64,000 nt of DNA from NCBI RefSeq assembly GCF_001194135.2, contig NC_068991.1, forward strand, positions 37,068,469-37,132,468. Reading direction: 5' to 3'. Under the pieces are notes generated by a model that saw only the letters and a list, made by a program, of their open reading frames with translations, was not told the DNA's origin and ran no database searches. Positions within the stretch are counted from its first letter, which is position 1. Every line of letters begins with the position of its first letter. The position numbers and the translations under genes were made by a program. Below are positions 1-13,735 of the stretch, one piece after another. The DNA is from Octopus bimaculoides. Taxonomy: Eukaryota.

Positions 1-288
1 GGATACGAACACAGAACATAAACAGAATTAAATACAATGAAGCATTTTTCCAGTACCAATGATAACAAATTACCAGCCATAAATCTAAGCAACTTAGTAC
101 TAAAGAATATTTTTTTTCTTTCCTATCAAATTGTTTCTAAAGATGGTAGGCATGGCCTTATGGCAAGAAGTTTGACTCTCAGCTTCACAGTTCTCAGTTC
201 AGTCCCAAGTGTCTTCTGCTATAGCTCTAGGCTGACCAAAGCCTTGTGACTGGCTTCTTTAGTAAATAGAAACTGTAAGAAGCCCATC

Positions 289-328
<40 letters not shown>

Positions 329-914
329 CTTTGTGTTTGTCTCCTGCTACTACTTGACAACAGTGTCAGTTTGTTTACATCCCCATAGCTTAACATCATA
401 AGAGAGCAATAGAATAGATTACCAGGCTTAAAAAAGTGAGTAAAAGGGTCATTTGACTAAAACCATTCAGGGCAGTGCCCCAGCATGGCCACAGTCCAAT
501 GACTGAAGCAAGTAAAACAAATCAATATATTTTTTTCTAAAAGCAGCATAGCCTCTAACCAAAAAGCATAGAATGTATGATTTGAGTGAGATTTAGCTGT
601 AAATATTAGCAAGTCATGCAAAGCTCCTTCCTGGTTTTGTTTGCCTCTCAACGAGCTTCTGAAACAGAATTTGTAATATTTTAAGGAGTATTGGCCCAAG
701 TTGGAACCCAGCCATGATGATGATGAGTATTTGAGATGATGATGTTTCATGAAACCTGCAGCATGCATTAGTTCCCACAGATAGCTACAATGTTCATACA
801 CCAATGATCCTAGATATATTAAATCAATAAAAGAAAGTAAGATAATCACAGCTGGAACTGCTCAAGACTATTCAATCAAGGCTAACTTGGGTCTAAATAA
901 CAGCAATTATCATA

Positions 915-1322
915 GGCGCAGGAGTGGCTGTGTGGTAAGTAGCTTGCTTACCAACCACATGATTCCAGGTTCAGTCCCACTGTGTGGCACCTTGGGCAAG
1001 TGTCTTCTGCTATAGCCTCGGGCTGACCAAAGCCTTGTGAGTGGATTTGGTAGACGGAAACTGAAAGAAGCCCGTCGTATATATGTATACGTATATATAT
1101 ATGTGTGTGTGTGTGTTTATTTGTCTGTGTTCGTCCCCCCAACATCGTTTGACAACCGATGCTGGTGTGTTTACATCCCCGTAACTTAGCAGTTTGGCAA
1201 AAGAGACCGATAGAATAAGTACTAGGCTTACAAAGAATAAGTCCTGGGGTTGAAATGCTCGACTAAAGGCGGTGCTCCAGCATAGCCGCAGTCAAATGAC
1301 TGTAACAAGTAAAAGAGTAAAA
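915..1322 (+). mobile_element. tRNA-derived SINE (family A), well-preserved copy
   Basis: Head ggcgcaggagtggctgtgtggtaag...ggttcagtccc with A/B-box-like motifs, internal (TA/TG)n and a gtaaaaga tail. Related copies at ~130-470 (+), 1766-2240 (+), 4330-4770 (-), 4856-5060 (-) and 38190-38610 (-). Confidence 0.88.
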
Positions 1323-1335
1323 TAACAATACATAC

Positions 1336-1415
1336 TGTTCAGGTTTATCAAAGGCCACATCAGGATTCTTTGCAATGGTGTCTTCAATTTTCTGCAATTC
1401 TGCTTTCTCACCTCT
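1336..1415 (-). CDS. FMN2: Formin exon, FH2 (RGEKAELQKIEDTIAKNPDVAFDKPEQ); gene continues beyond window start
   Basis: DKPEQ is a conserved FH2 motif. Acceptor aatttcag|AGA, donor CA|gtatgt. 80 nt. Confidence 0.9.
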
Positions 1416-2255
1416 CTGAAATTATCAATAGTAATGATTTCTTACATAGGAACAAGGCCAGAAATTTGGGGGAGAGAGAATCGACAGTTACATGTATAAG
1501 AATAAGTAAGTAGCAGTACTTCACTGGTGTTCATTTCATTAACCCTGGAAGGGCAAACACTAAAAGTTGCATTGTATTTTGTCTGAAATTCAACAACAGC
1601 AAATACCATAGGAAATCATAACTGAGAATAAATTTTTAAAATATCAAAATATCAAATATGGGAAAATATATTTTTACACGGATGACAAGGAAGACATTTA
1701 AGATATTATAGGATTACATGAGCCAACAAGATATTTACTTCATAGGGTTACAATGACCAGTAGGCACAGGTATGGTTGTGTGAGAAGAAGCTTGTTTCTC
1801 AACCACATGGTTCCGGGTTCAGTCTCACTGTGTGGCATCTTGGGCAAGTGTCTTCTACTATAGCCTCAGGTTGATCAAAGCCTTGTGATTAGATTTGGTA
1901 GTTGGAAATTGAATGATGACCATCATATATAATGTGTGTGTGTGTGTGTGTGTATGTGTGTGTGTGTGTGNNNNNNNNNNGTGTGTGTGTGTGTATGTGT
2001 GTGTGTGTGTGTGTGCGTCTTTGCATCTGTGTTTGTGCTCCATCACTGCTTGACAACCAGTGTTGGTTTGTTTACATCCCTGTAACTTGGTGATTTTGGC
2101 AAAAGTGACTGATAGAATAAGTACCAGACTTAACAAAAAAAAAAGTACTAGGGATCGATTTATTCTACTAAAAAATTTTCGAGGCAGTGCTCCAGCATGG
2201 CCACATCTCAATGACAGAAACAAGTAAAAGATAAAAGAAGAACTCAGATACTTAC

Positions 2256-2317
2256 AATGTCATAAAGCGTTTTTAACTTCTCCAAGTCCATAAGTGATGT
2301 ATCAAATGAGAGGATAG
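2256..2317 (-). CDS. FMN2: Formin exon, FH2 (AILSFDTSLMDLEKLKTLYDI)
   Basis: Acceptor tttatcttccag|CT, donor ATT|gtaagt. 62 nt, phase 1 to phase 0. Colinear with the FMN FH2 sequence. Confidence 0.9.
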
Positions 2318-3000
2318 CTGGAAGATAAAATGGATAATTCATCTAAAAGTTTCCTTGGACTGTTGATAATAGCAGAAGACTAACAACACTAAATAATGAA
2401 TAGCAACAAGTGTTGCAAAGCAGGTGTTTGGCCATTGGACAGGTACCTGATAGAGCAGAATTATGGAATGGGCCATTGAAACCTATCTAAGTATTTCATT
2501 ATCTTTTTTCACCCCAAAACAATGTACCCTGCAAATACACATAAGCATGCACATACATCTATATATGGTATAGAGTCAACAGATGAGATCTAGAGATTCT
2601 CAATATAGAACCTACACTCTGAAATCTCTACCAAGCATTAAGTCCATGGGATAAAGAGTGGTTACAAGAGGAATCCGGGTGATCAGATATGGCAATAATG
2701 GTACTAGTAAACAAATAAAACCACTTGGGTAAGATATACAAAATTCATGTATACTTGTAGATAGAGAGAAATCAAAGACTGAAAATTTTCAGTCAATGAA
2801 TATTCAAGTATTAGGAAGGGCATCCAGCTGTAAAAACCATGCCAAAACAGACAGAAGTCTGGTGCAGTCTTCTGTCTGGCCAGCTCCTGTCAAACTGCCC
2901 AACCCATGCCAACATGGAAGGCAGATGTTAAACAATGATGATGATGATTATAATGATGAAATATATAGATATTGATACGGACTGCCGAAAAACAAAATAA

Positions 3001-4058
3001 TGTTATGTCCCTATTCCCCAAGCTGGGTTTGAAACCGTATTCTGGTTGTTGAGGATAATGGTATTTCCTTTGTCTTGTCAACAAGCACGGCTATTTATAG
3101 CGTAGGAGTGTGTTCGCTGACACTTTTCGGTCATCGAAAGTTTAGAAAAACAAGTTAGGAATTGTACTAAACTGACCCAGCTTTGGAGGGGGGACGCAGC
3201 ACTGTGAGCTATGTTTATCTGTTATAAATACGGGAGCATAGAATTGGGATTCACAGTTGGCATAAACAAAATCAGTGGATAAAGAACACGAGTTCGGTGT
3301 GACGGCCAGCAGCCAGTAGAGAAGCAAGATGAACAGAGAGACTGACAGACAGAGGCTGAGAGAGAAAGGCTATGGTCAGAAGGTACCAGTCAGCAGAAAT
3401 GGATAGAGTCTGAGAGAGAGAGAGGGATAGAGAGATGGAACTGTTGTGGCAGGCAAAAGATTGTAGTAGACTACGTTGGTCAGTTCTTGTGATTGTAGTG
3501 GGATATTTGAAGGAAAAGAAATTCTTGTGGTGAAGGTTTGTGTATATTTCTTTTAAGAAAAGTGTACTTGCGTTGTTATATGTTTTTGCAAAGAACTTTG
3601 TTAACTTTTGTTAATTGTGATATTAACTGTGATGTTAACTGGCAGAAAAGAAAAGAAAGAACTTTGCTAACTCTTGTTAAATGGTTGAAAAGAAAAGAGA
3701 GAACTTTGTTGTGACATGTTGTTCAAAGAAAAGAAAAACAAAGAAGTAAAAGAATTTTTTAATTGACTCTCGATACATGAACTTTGATTGAAAACTTTTG
3801 ATTATGTTAAATGCTTGGAAACGCTATTGTTACATGTTATTGAATGCAATGTTATTTTGTTTTGATGATGTAAAAAAAAAAGTTAGTTTCACTACGCAAC
3901 GTATGGTCTGTGTTATTTCTTCCTTTTTGCCTGCGGTCATCGTTATGTGCTCCGGTTGGGCTTAGTCGTGGCGAACATCCTGACTCACTGAGCGTCGACG
4001 TTCGCGCGCGCGCGAGTTTTCTCTTCGTTGAGGTGCTTCCGCTTGGGCGTTTGTAACA
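3001..4058. mobile_element. Probable solo LTR
   Basis: Starts TGTTA and ends TAACA (inverted termini). TATA-like TATAAATA at 3223-3230, CpG-rich end, no coding content. No perfect TSD (ataa/atat). Confidence 0.5.
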
Positions 4059-5650
4059 ATATTTATATATTAACAGAACGAACTTACAGTGTACAAAGAC
4101 ACAGAAAATATTTTGTATCAAACCCAAGCAGTTTCTCTTGTTTATTTACATCATTGTCTCCATCACTCTTTATTAAGTAGACTTAGTCCTCAGTAAAGAT
4201 TTTGGAGTGTAAGTACAAATCATTTGAGCATATCTATATATGTACACATATGCACATACAACTACAGTGAATCCAAGAAACTGTCTTTCAGAAAACAGCC
4301 CTTCATTTATCAGAAGATGGTTGACCTAGGTGTTACATTGTGGGATCAAAGTCAGAACCACACAGTTGAGAAGTGAACTTCTTAACCACACATCCAAGCC
4401 TATCTTTTACTTGTTACAGTCATTTGACTGTAGCCATGCTGGGGCGCCACTTTGAAGGGTTTTAGTTGAACAAATCGATCTTAGGACTTGTTTTATCTTC
4501 TCCTTAAACCTAGTACTTATTCTGTTGGTCTCTTCTGACAAACTGCTAAGTTATGGGAAACTAAACAAATCAACACTGGTTGTCAACCTATGGTGGGGGA
4601 CAAACACACACACACCTGACAGACTTCTTTCAGTTTCCATCAACCAAGTCCACTCACAAGACATTGGTCAGCTGGAAGCTATAGTAGGAGACACTTGCCC
4701 AAAGTGCCATGCAGTGGAACTGAGCTCGGGACCATGTAGCTGAGAAGCAAGCCACACAGCCATGCCTGTACCCATGTCCATTTACAGGGTGTGTAAGATA
4801 TTTGAAGACAGATTTATGTTTATAGAAAAACAGATATATAATAACAAATACTCTTTTACTCTTTTACTTGTTTCAGTCATTTGACTGTGACCATGCTGGA
4901 GCACTGCCTTTAGTCGAGCAAATTGACCCCAGGACTTATTTTTTGTAAGCCTAGTACTTATTCTATCGGTCTCTTTTGCCGAACTGCTAAATTACGGGGA
5001 TGTAAACACACCAGCATCAGTTGTCAAGCGATGTTGGGGGGACAAACACAGACGCACAAACATACATCACACAAAGTCACCTTCAGCTTCAACATCTGCT
5101 TTTGTATGAGATCTAAATCATCTACATATTCAAATCAAGTGGTTCATTTTGGACATTACTCCGACTAGAGCAGCTTTCATATATCATCCATCCACAGAGT
5201 ATGGTATAGCTGCCATTCCTACATATATCAGCAAATATATTTGATGCCAAGACGTGTTCCCAACAACTTATCCGCAAATTTATTATTATCAAACTTCTAA
5301 GGCAGGGAGCTAGCAGAATCATTAACACACTGGGAAAATTGTTTTAGTGGACTTCCTTTATGTTCTAAGTACAAATTCCGTTGAGGTTGACTTTGCCTTT
5401 TATCTTTTGAGGGCAATAAAATAAGTACCAGTTGAGCACTGGAGTTAGTCTATTCAACTAAGTCCCTCCCACAAAATTTCTGGCCTTGTGCCAAAAATTT
5501 GAAACCATTATTATCAGGTTGTTATTTTAAACAATTCTCCTTTATGTTCAATACCAGCAAATACACTCACTATACTTTTAACCAACAAGCATGAAAGACT
5601 ACTTTGATCATATTAACATTCAAACTCTGAATCACTGTCTTTCCTTTTAA

Positions 5651-6099
5651 CTCTTTTGGAACTAAGCTGCTTGAAACCACTCTGGATTCTATGATACAAA
5701 TTCCATTCTTTTAAGTGATCTAAATTAAACCTTACATCAAAATTTTACACTAATCTATGTTCTAAACACCAGCTAGAAAACGATAAAGTTAGTTTAATAA
5801 GTTCTTAATAACTTTCAAAATCAAATGAAACAAAAGCAGTATATGTCATCATCATCATCATCATCATCATCAACATTTAGCATCCATTTTTCATGGATTA
5901 GATGGCCTGACAGGAATTGGCAAGGCCAGGAGCCACACTAAGTTCCATAATCTGTTTTGGCTTGGTTTCTATAGCTGGATGCCAACCACTTTATACAGTG
6001 TACTGGATCCTTTTTATATGGCACTAGCAGCAGTGCTTTTATGTGAACACCAGCACCCACAACAATGCTTTTTTCAATAGAAATATAATAACAAAAGGG
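5651..6099. mobile_element. piggyBac-type MITE interrupted by a SINE (~5845-6070)
   Basis: TTAA on both sides (5647-5650, 6100-6103); termini ctctttt...aaaaggg. Confidence 0.55.
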
Positions 6100-6255
6100 T
6101 TAAATATGAGGTTAAATATCATCTGTTGTGATGACTACAATCACAATCATCAAATCTTTTATAGTGTGTAAACTTTTCTGGTTTGAAACCTGCATTTGAA
6201 GTAATTAACACAGTCACAATACTTAAGATTACAATATATTTAAATAACAACTCAC

Positions 6256-6343
6256 CATTTTCAATGTCTGCCATTTCCAGTCGGAGACTAGACAAGAAAA
6301 TGCCAAGAGCTTGAGATCGTTTGGAATCCAGCAATTTTACAAC
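6256..6343 (-). CDS. FMN2: Formin exon, FH2 (VVKLLDSKRSQALGIFLSSLRLEMADIEN)
   Basis: KRSQA(L/V)GI..SSL is the FMN-subfamily motif and retains the conserved actin-binding Ile. Acceptor ctccag|GTT, donor G|gtgagt. 88 nt. Confidence 0.95.
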
Positions 6344-7189
6344 CTGGAGAATATAATTTCAAGGAATAAAAAATAGTATTACAACCAAGGGAATGTAATT
6401 TGAAAATAACCAAATTATTATCATGACTTAGAAAACATAGAAATGACTATTTTTGCTTTATTTCACAGTTGCACAACTCTTCCTCATCATTCACAAATTG
6501 AGACGTTTGAATATTGTTGGATCACTTCTTTTTGTTTAACTCAGAATCAGCTCCTTTGAGCAGAGTTGTAGTCAAAGGCATCCCATCCATGACTATATCA
6601 TATATATATTTTTGTACAGCAGAGACAACACTGTCCAATGAACACATCTTTCAAGTGGGAGAATATGATTTGAAGAACTATCTATACATTTTCATGATCT
6701 ATTTTTAGTAGGCCATGAGGATGTATAGTGAGTCCATCATCAGCTATTTAGTCTTTCTTACACCCAGTCATTTTACCTTTTAGCTTTACTTACTCCCAGC
6801 CACATGGCTATGGTGTAGGAGTGGAAACAATGTGGGGACCAAGTAGTCAGAGACACACTGTATGGTGTATACGCTGCAGAAGAAATCCACCCAGTTTGAA
6901 ATAGATTGGAAAATGAATGATAGTGACAAAAGTATTTGTATTATTGTTGTTTACTCTCAGATCAGCCTTAACCAAGCAGGCCTATTATCAAATGTGATCT
7001 TCATAGGGTAAAATACAACCTCCTACACTGGTTTCTGGTTTTAGTATTTTAATGTGATTTTCTTTTTAATCACCTAATTTTGTATGCCCTGATCAATATT
7101 TCTAAAATGTGTTTTTACATTCACTAGATTTGTTGACCACACTTCAAAACCTGATCCCCAACCTTCCCTAAAGGATCAGTGATTTATCT

Positions 7190-9130
7190 GTTTCCTTATC
7201 TATGAGGACTTTGGCAAATTAACTCTAAGGCTCTTTGATTCCAGCCCTTCCTTCTACCTGGTAGTGATTGAGCAAACAAGGTCATCAGCATAGAGGAGCT
7301 TCCAAGTCTTAAATTCCTCTGTTATGGCCTGGAGGACCATGATAAACAAGAGGGGGCCAAAAACCGATCCTTGGAGAACTACCTGTACACCAAATTTCTT
7401 GCTATACTCATTGCTGACTCTCACCTTACTGACAACATTCCTGTACATGACTTTCACAGCTCTCACCAATCACTCATCTATCCCTAGCTTCTGCATTGTT
7501 CACCAGATAAGGGAGCATGGGACCCTGTCTAATGTCTTCTCCATGTCAACAAAAACCAAATACAAAGGTTTGCTTTTGGCAAGATACTTCTCCTGAAGTT
7601 GCCTCACTAGGAAAATAGCATCAGCGGTGCTTCTTCTTGGAATAAAACCAAACTGCATCTCATCTAGGCTAACTCTCTTCCGAATTAATTGAGTGATGAC
7701 CCATTCTGCAACTTTCATTACCTGGTCCAGCAATTTGATAACTCTGTAAATAGTTCTGTCTAAGGCATCACTTTTACCTTTGTAGCAGTTCACTAATGAT
7801 GTTACACTAGTCATTGGGTTTGTCCCTTGTGAACAATCTGATTAACTATATGGGTGACTAAGCCATGTCCCACATTGTCAAATATTTTGAGCATCTCAGC
7901 AGATTCATGATGGGCCACGAGCTTTCCCTGTCTTCATATACTTAACTGCTTTATCTAAACTACTGTCAATTCAGATGGCCGGTTCCTCTGTTGGGTCCAC
8001 ATAAGGAAGGCTCCTCCTCTCCCATGCATTCTCTATATTGAGCAGCCTTTCATAGTGATATTTCAAAGCTTCTTTCTGTGCAGAAATACAAACTGCAAGT
8101 GAACCATTATCCATGCAATTGCTCTTCTCTCTCACATCACGGTTTTCTTGGACACACTGTCTTGCAATCTGAAACACCTCAAGCCTTTGATCCTCGTGCC
8201 ACAAAATATTGGCAAACTTCTTCCTTTCTGCTTCTTCCTTGAATAAGTATACCTGTCTCCTAGCTTCTCTTCTAGCTATCTGATATATGTAGTTCTCTGC
8301 TACCACCACTCTTCTAGTCCTTCCAGGTCTGTTTCTTCACACTAAAAGCCCTGTCTGCTACACTATTCCACTACCATGTCACCCTGAGGTCTGTGTTTAC
8401 AACTTTGCACCAACCACGAATTTGCTCTGTGGCTCTCAGTAAGCTGTCCCATAAGAACTTCCAGTTATCTTCTATGTTACATGTCTGTAAATCCTCCTCC
8501 TCCTCCTCCTCATTAAATGCTTTAATTAGGATGTTCCTAAAACTTTGGCTATTCAAAGGATTCTTAAGCTTCCAAATCTTTCTTTTCCTAACTGGTCTAC
8601 TTCTTGGAACCATTCTAGCCTGAACTCTGAAGTTACTAATGACTAACCTATACTGGGGGGTACATTGTTCACCAGGGAAGGTCTTTACATTTATGAGCAA
8701 GCATAGATCTCACTTTCTGATGAGAATGTAACCAACCTGGCTAGCTTGGCCACCAGATTGATAGACAATCAGGTGACTGGCTGGCTTCCTAAAGTTGGTG
8801 TTGCAGATCATTAAGTTATTTACATCACAGAACACCAGAAGCCTTGTTCCCTCCTCATTACAGGAACCAAATCCATGGCCACCATTCACACTGTAGAAGG
8901 CACATGGTTGCTGCCCAACATGTCAATTAAAGTCACCAGCCACAAAGATAAGGTCATTGTCATTTGCCTTTGAGGTAGTCTAAAAACGATTCTTTTGTTC
9001 ATTTGGCAAACCCAGTTGAGGGACATGGGCAGAGATCATTGTTACTGTACTACTTTGCAAAACTATCCTTAGCTTAAGTATCCTATTGCACACTATCTCA
9101 ATCACCTTATTCACTCATTTCTCAGCTAGA
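7190..9130 (-). mobile_element. Decayed RTE-clade LINE (endonuclease plus reverse transcriptase)
   Basis: Fragments include IFVAGDFN*HVG (endonuclease), QFGFIPRRSTADAIFLVRQLQEK, LVFVDMEK and LLYADDL. Many stops and frameshifts. Confidence 0.88.
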
Positions 9131-9491
9131 AGTATGCCCAATTTAATGTACCCTGTCACTATTGCTTTTCCAGAAGATTTTATATCTATGTTTTGTTTTT
9201 GCCTGTGAGGAACCTGGCTGGAGCTGTCCTCCACCTTACATTTTGAATGCAATACACATTGACATGCCTCCATTCAAGCATCTAAACAATCTCATCAGAC
9301 CTACCTTTCAATGTGAAGGAAATGAAAGAGGAAGCGGGAGGGAACAGGGAGAAGGAAGACAACATTCAACATTTGAAAAGGTTTCAATGAGTGTTTGCCA
9401 GCAGACATGTCATATCACTCACATTTAATCTACCATTCATGTTACACTTGCTGCATACACACACAGACCAGACAATTATATATATATATAC

Positions 9492-9633
9492 CTTATCTGC
9501 TTTTGGTTTAGATTTAGCTTTGGATCGTAAAGTTTTATCAGCAGGAGGCTTTGAGAACAATTCGTCAAATTCATCAAAATTGATGCTGGTCTCATCAAGT
9601 TCTTCCCACAGTAAAGTTTGGTCTATTGGAGAA
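9492..9633 (-). CDS. FMN2: Formin exon, FH2 (SPIDQTLLWEELDETSINFDEFDELFSK...KADK)
   Basis: Typical FH2 W-x-x-L...F-x-x-LF motif. Acceptor ttttgtttttacag|T, donor AAG|gtatat. 142 nt, phase 2 to phase 0. Confidence 0.93.
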
Positions 9634-9921
9634 CTGTAAAAACAAAAAAAGTAAATGATATTGCAGATTATCTGAGGTGTGGTTTCTACTAGTCGAACAT
9701 TATTTATAACAACAACAATAATGGCTTCTGATTTAGACACAAGGCTGGCAATTTTGAAGGGAAGGGATTAACTGATGCGAGGTAGCCTGTAAAAAAAAAA
9801 TAGCCAACATTTTTGATAATTGGACTTTACTGCAACCTAATGCAACAGTATTGAGCACAAATTTAGAATGAGAGAGAGACAGAAATCTTTTGTCCCCATC
9901 AAGACTAACAATCTTTCTATA

Positions 9922-11448
9922 CCTATGGTTCCCAACTTGTTTTTTTTTATCTGTTGACCCCTTTGATTCCTATTTTACTCTGGTGATATCGCCAAGGTGA
10001 TACACTGTTTGACAAAATCTCCTTCAGAAAACAGTTTCATGTTGCATGCAATCTTTTCAACAATGATGAAACTTACTTTGGCATATTTTCTCGATTCATC
10101 ATCTATTTTCCGAAAAATATTCTCTTGCAAGACTAAATTCCTTTGAAGTAAAAGCACTTTCTCCTTGCGTTGATCTTTTTCATAATGATTATGGGTCAAA
10201 GAGTGCTTTAATGTGTAATGTCATTTTACATTCTCAACTTTTGGAAGTGCAACTGTTTCACCACAAATCAGGCAGAGACATTTTGTATTTGATTCCACAA
10301 AGAAATATAAATTTGTCCATGCCTCATTAAACCTGCAATTTTCCTTGTCTACCTTCCTGCTTTTTCTAGCCAATGCCATAGATGAACAAAATTTGAAATT
10401 TATTGTAAAAAAGAAGCTAATTTGCTCATCAGTATCACAAGGCTAAAGGTTGTGGTGGAGTAAATTTGAAATTGAATCACCTCAAATGCCAGCTTTATTG
10501 ATGCGGAAAAGTCATGTGATATTATTCCTAAGAAACAACACCTTCAACCACAATAGATTATTGTGGCATATGTCTTCAACCTGCTGAGGTGATGACTCTG
10601 AGGCTTTTGATTGGATGACCAAATTAACCAATTGTACATGCTGTGATAAGTCACTTTTTATCCACTTTCGATGTCAGCAAATGGAAAGGCACTATTTTTA
10701 GACTTGGCACAACAACATTCGACCAAAACTGAAAACTTCAAATCGGTGCTTCTGGAAATCAGGACCACCAGTCACTTGGTATTTTGGTTCTCCTGGGCAA
10801 GGTCTCAAATGCCACCACCTCCCATCTGTTTGAACTCAGCTTAGAGTTGTTCTCAGCCAGAGGGTGGGTGGAAACTGAAGTTCTGGCAAAAAATTGTAAC
10901 ATGAAAAATTATTATGGCAATTTACTGGAAAAGAGAACAAGAAAAGAGCAGCCGAAAGCCACAAATTTCTCAGATAGGGCTTATCATAGAAATAAATTTC
11001 AGGTTTTGTTTGTCCATACAAGCGAGCATGGGGAATCAATTTTTATGCTTTCAGATTAACACAGTGTGTATATATGAAGTGTTGCTTGTGGCAGGGTGAA
11101 AGAAGGCATGTCTCCTGGGCAGCACCTCGCTTGGGGGCGGAGGCAGAAAAAGCACATATGCCATGCCGCTCCACTAGGGAAGGGGTGGCACTTTTGCAAG
11201 CGAGGGACCTCCAGTGACATGGAAGAAGAAAACCTGAAATTTATTTCTATGGTGACAGCTATGCACACACAAGGCAGAGTGCAGAGTTGCAAGCTGCTTT
11301 GAGAACTGTTTATTGGCAATCAATAATCATTTATTAATCGAAGAAAAATAACAGTAGCAAGCTTCTGTGTTCATATTAAGGAATAAGCAGAAGACCAACT
11401 AATGGGCCAGATTCTAAGGCTTCATGGACCAGACGTTGGGCAGCACAG
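9922..11448 (-). mobile_element. Decayed hAT (SPIN/Charlie-like) element with an unrelated internal segment (~10790-11310)
   Basis: ORF 9975-10199 contains KLFSEGDFVKQC, and the upstream fragment MALEKSRKVDKENCRFNEAW resembles the N-terminus of these transposases. Ends resemble hAT termini (..gttcccaac / gttgggcagcacag). Boundaries approximate. Confidence 0.65.
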
Positions 11449-11649
11449 ATGTATAGTAATGATATACTAAAATTATAGTAACTTAGGACAGTTATAATTG
11501 CCTCCCCTAAAAAAGTATTTTTGATACCAAACAATGAGGGGCAAAACTAAACAGAGTAAGGTATTTGGACCAGTGATCTGCTATTTCTGATACACCTGAG
11601 AGTTGTAGTTCATTTGAAAACATATCCAGTACCTTTCATACAAACATTC

Positions 11650-13735
11650 AATTATATCTGAAGATCAACTGAGTTGTGCTCAACCACCACTGGCCCAGAA
11701 CACTTCTAAACTTAGACTTCAAAGACAAAAGCAGCCACATTACTTCAAACCACACTCTACTGCCTTCATGTCCCTTTTGCAAACATCCTTGTAATGTAAG
11801 ACCTAGTGCCCCTAGCAAGCTCTCTGTAGAGTATGTCCTTGGGGATTTTGCCATCTTCCATATGACTAACATGTCCAAGCCATCTCATACGTCTTTGTGT
11901 GAGGAGTGCAAACATGCTTGGTATTCTTGCTTGCTTGAGGACATCTTTGTTGGGGACACAATTCTGCCATTTAATGCCAAGGATTTTCCGGAGGCAGCGC
12001 AAGTGAAAGATATAGAGGCGACGCTCTTGGCGTGTGTATGGCGTCCAGGTCCCATTGCCATACAGTAGAGTGCTAAGTACACATGCCTGGTCTTGGTCAG
12101 CTTATTGTTGTCCCATGCTCGTTTGGAGAGTTGGGCCATCACAGCAGCTGCCTTGCCAATGCGTATATTGAACTAAGGGATAGGTTGTAGTTGACGGTAG
12201 AGCCAAGATAGGTAGACTTTTCCACTTCCTGTAGTCTGTGGTCTCAAATATGCATGTTTGGGATATCCGATGTAGCTTGACCCATGATGTTGGTCTTCTT
12301 GAGGAAGATAACTAAGCCAAAGTCGCTACATGCTTGCTCAAAGCAGTTGATGAGCCTTTGCAGGGCTTCTTCTGAGTGTGATACCAGAGTGGCATCATCA
12401 GCAAAGAGCATCTCCTTGATCAGGATGCTTCTGAATTTGGTCTTGGCATGCAGACGTGAGAGACTGAACAGTTTCCCATCACTGCTACTGTGCAGAAACA
12501 CTCCATCATCTGATGTCTCAAAGGCATGTGACAGCAGCAGCGAGAAGAAGATGCCAAATAATGTAGGAGCAAGGACACAGCCTTGCTTTATCCTGTTCTT
12601 TATTTGGAATGCGGCTGATGTTGAACCATTGTGCTGTATGGTGCCTTGCATATCATCATGGAAAGATTTGATGATTCTTAGCAGCTTTAGTGGACATCCG
12701 ATTTTTTGAAGCAGGATGAAGAGGCCTTTTCTACTTACCAAGTCAAAGGCCTTTGTCAGATCAATGAAGGCCATATATAATGGCATTTTCTGCTCTCTGG
12801 ATTTCTCCTGAAGTTGGCATATGGAGAATATCATGTCAATAGTTGATCTGCTTCTTCTAAAGCCACACTGCGATTCTGGATAAATTCGAGAAGCAAGCAG
12901 TTGTAGCCTGGACAGGATAACGCAAGCAAAGGTCTTTCCAACAGTGCTGAGAAGAGATATTCCACGGTAGTTGTTACAATTACCACGGTTACCTTTATTT
13001 TTGTAAAGCGTTATGATGTTAGCATCCCACATATCCTGAGGGACTGTACCCTCTTCCCAGCACTAACACAGAAGCTCATGAAGGTGCTAAAGCAGAGCGG
13101 TGTTTTTGCCGGCTTTCATGATCTCTGAGAGGATGCCGTCTTTTCTCAGAGCCTTGCCACTGGTTAGGGAGTCAATAGCCTTGGTGAGCTCTACTACAGA
13201 CGGCAGACTGTCAAGTTCACACATGGCTGGTAAGATCTTGATACCCTCGATTGCATCCTCAGTGACCGTGGTCTCCCGTGAGTAGAAATCCTGGTAGTAC
13301 TCCACCCATCTATCCATTTGCTTGCTTTGGTCTTTGATGAGATCTCCAGTAGTTGATTTCAGAGGGGCTGACTTGGTTGCGGATGGACCGAGGGCCTTCT
13401 TCAAACCGGCATACATCCCACGGGTGTCGCCACTGTCAGCAGCTGACTGGATACTCTGACAGATTTCCTGCCAATACCTATTTGTACAGCGTCTGGCAGT
13501 CAGTTAGGTTTTATTTCTTGCCTTTCTGACTTTGTAGAAGAATCACTCTTGTATTGCATCAGAGCTGTGCGCTTTGCTTTGATAACTGGTTCCAGCTCTG
13601 AACCAATCTGGGTTTTGCCTTTCACTCATGCCGAAAGTATCTATTGATGTGTTATACAAAGCTTCCCTGACATAACTCCACCTACTTTCAGCAGAGGAGG
13701 ATGGGCAGTTACTGAGGGCAACCTTGACAGAAACA
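11650..13735 (-). mobile_element. 5'-truncated RTE (BovB-like) LINE reverse transcriptase
   Basis: DANIITLYKNKGNRGNCNNYRGISLLS, QCGFRRSRSTIDMIF, FIDLTKAFDLV, IKQGCVLAPTLF, LFADDA and the 3' RRMRWLGHV motif. Frameshifted. Confidence 0.93.

Noticed and set aside
457-849. ORF as the next FH2 exon
   Set aside because: No frame resembles the expected FL..L..IP.F..R continuation; the next exon is probably outside the window.
915-990. tRNA gene
   Set aside because: The tRNA-like head runs straight into a SINE body and tail present in many copies; no complete cloverleaf was seen.
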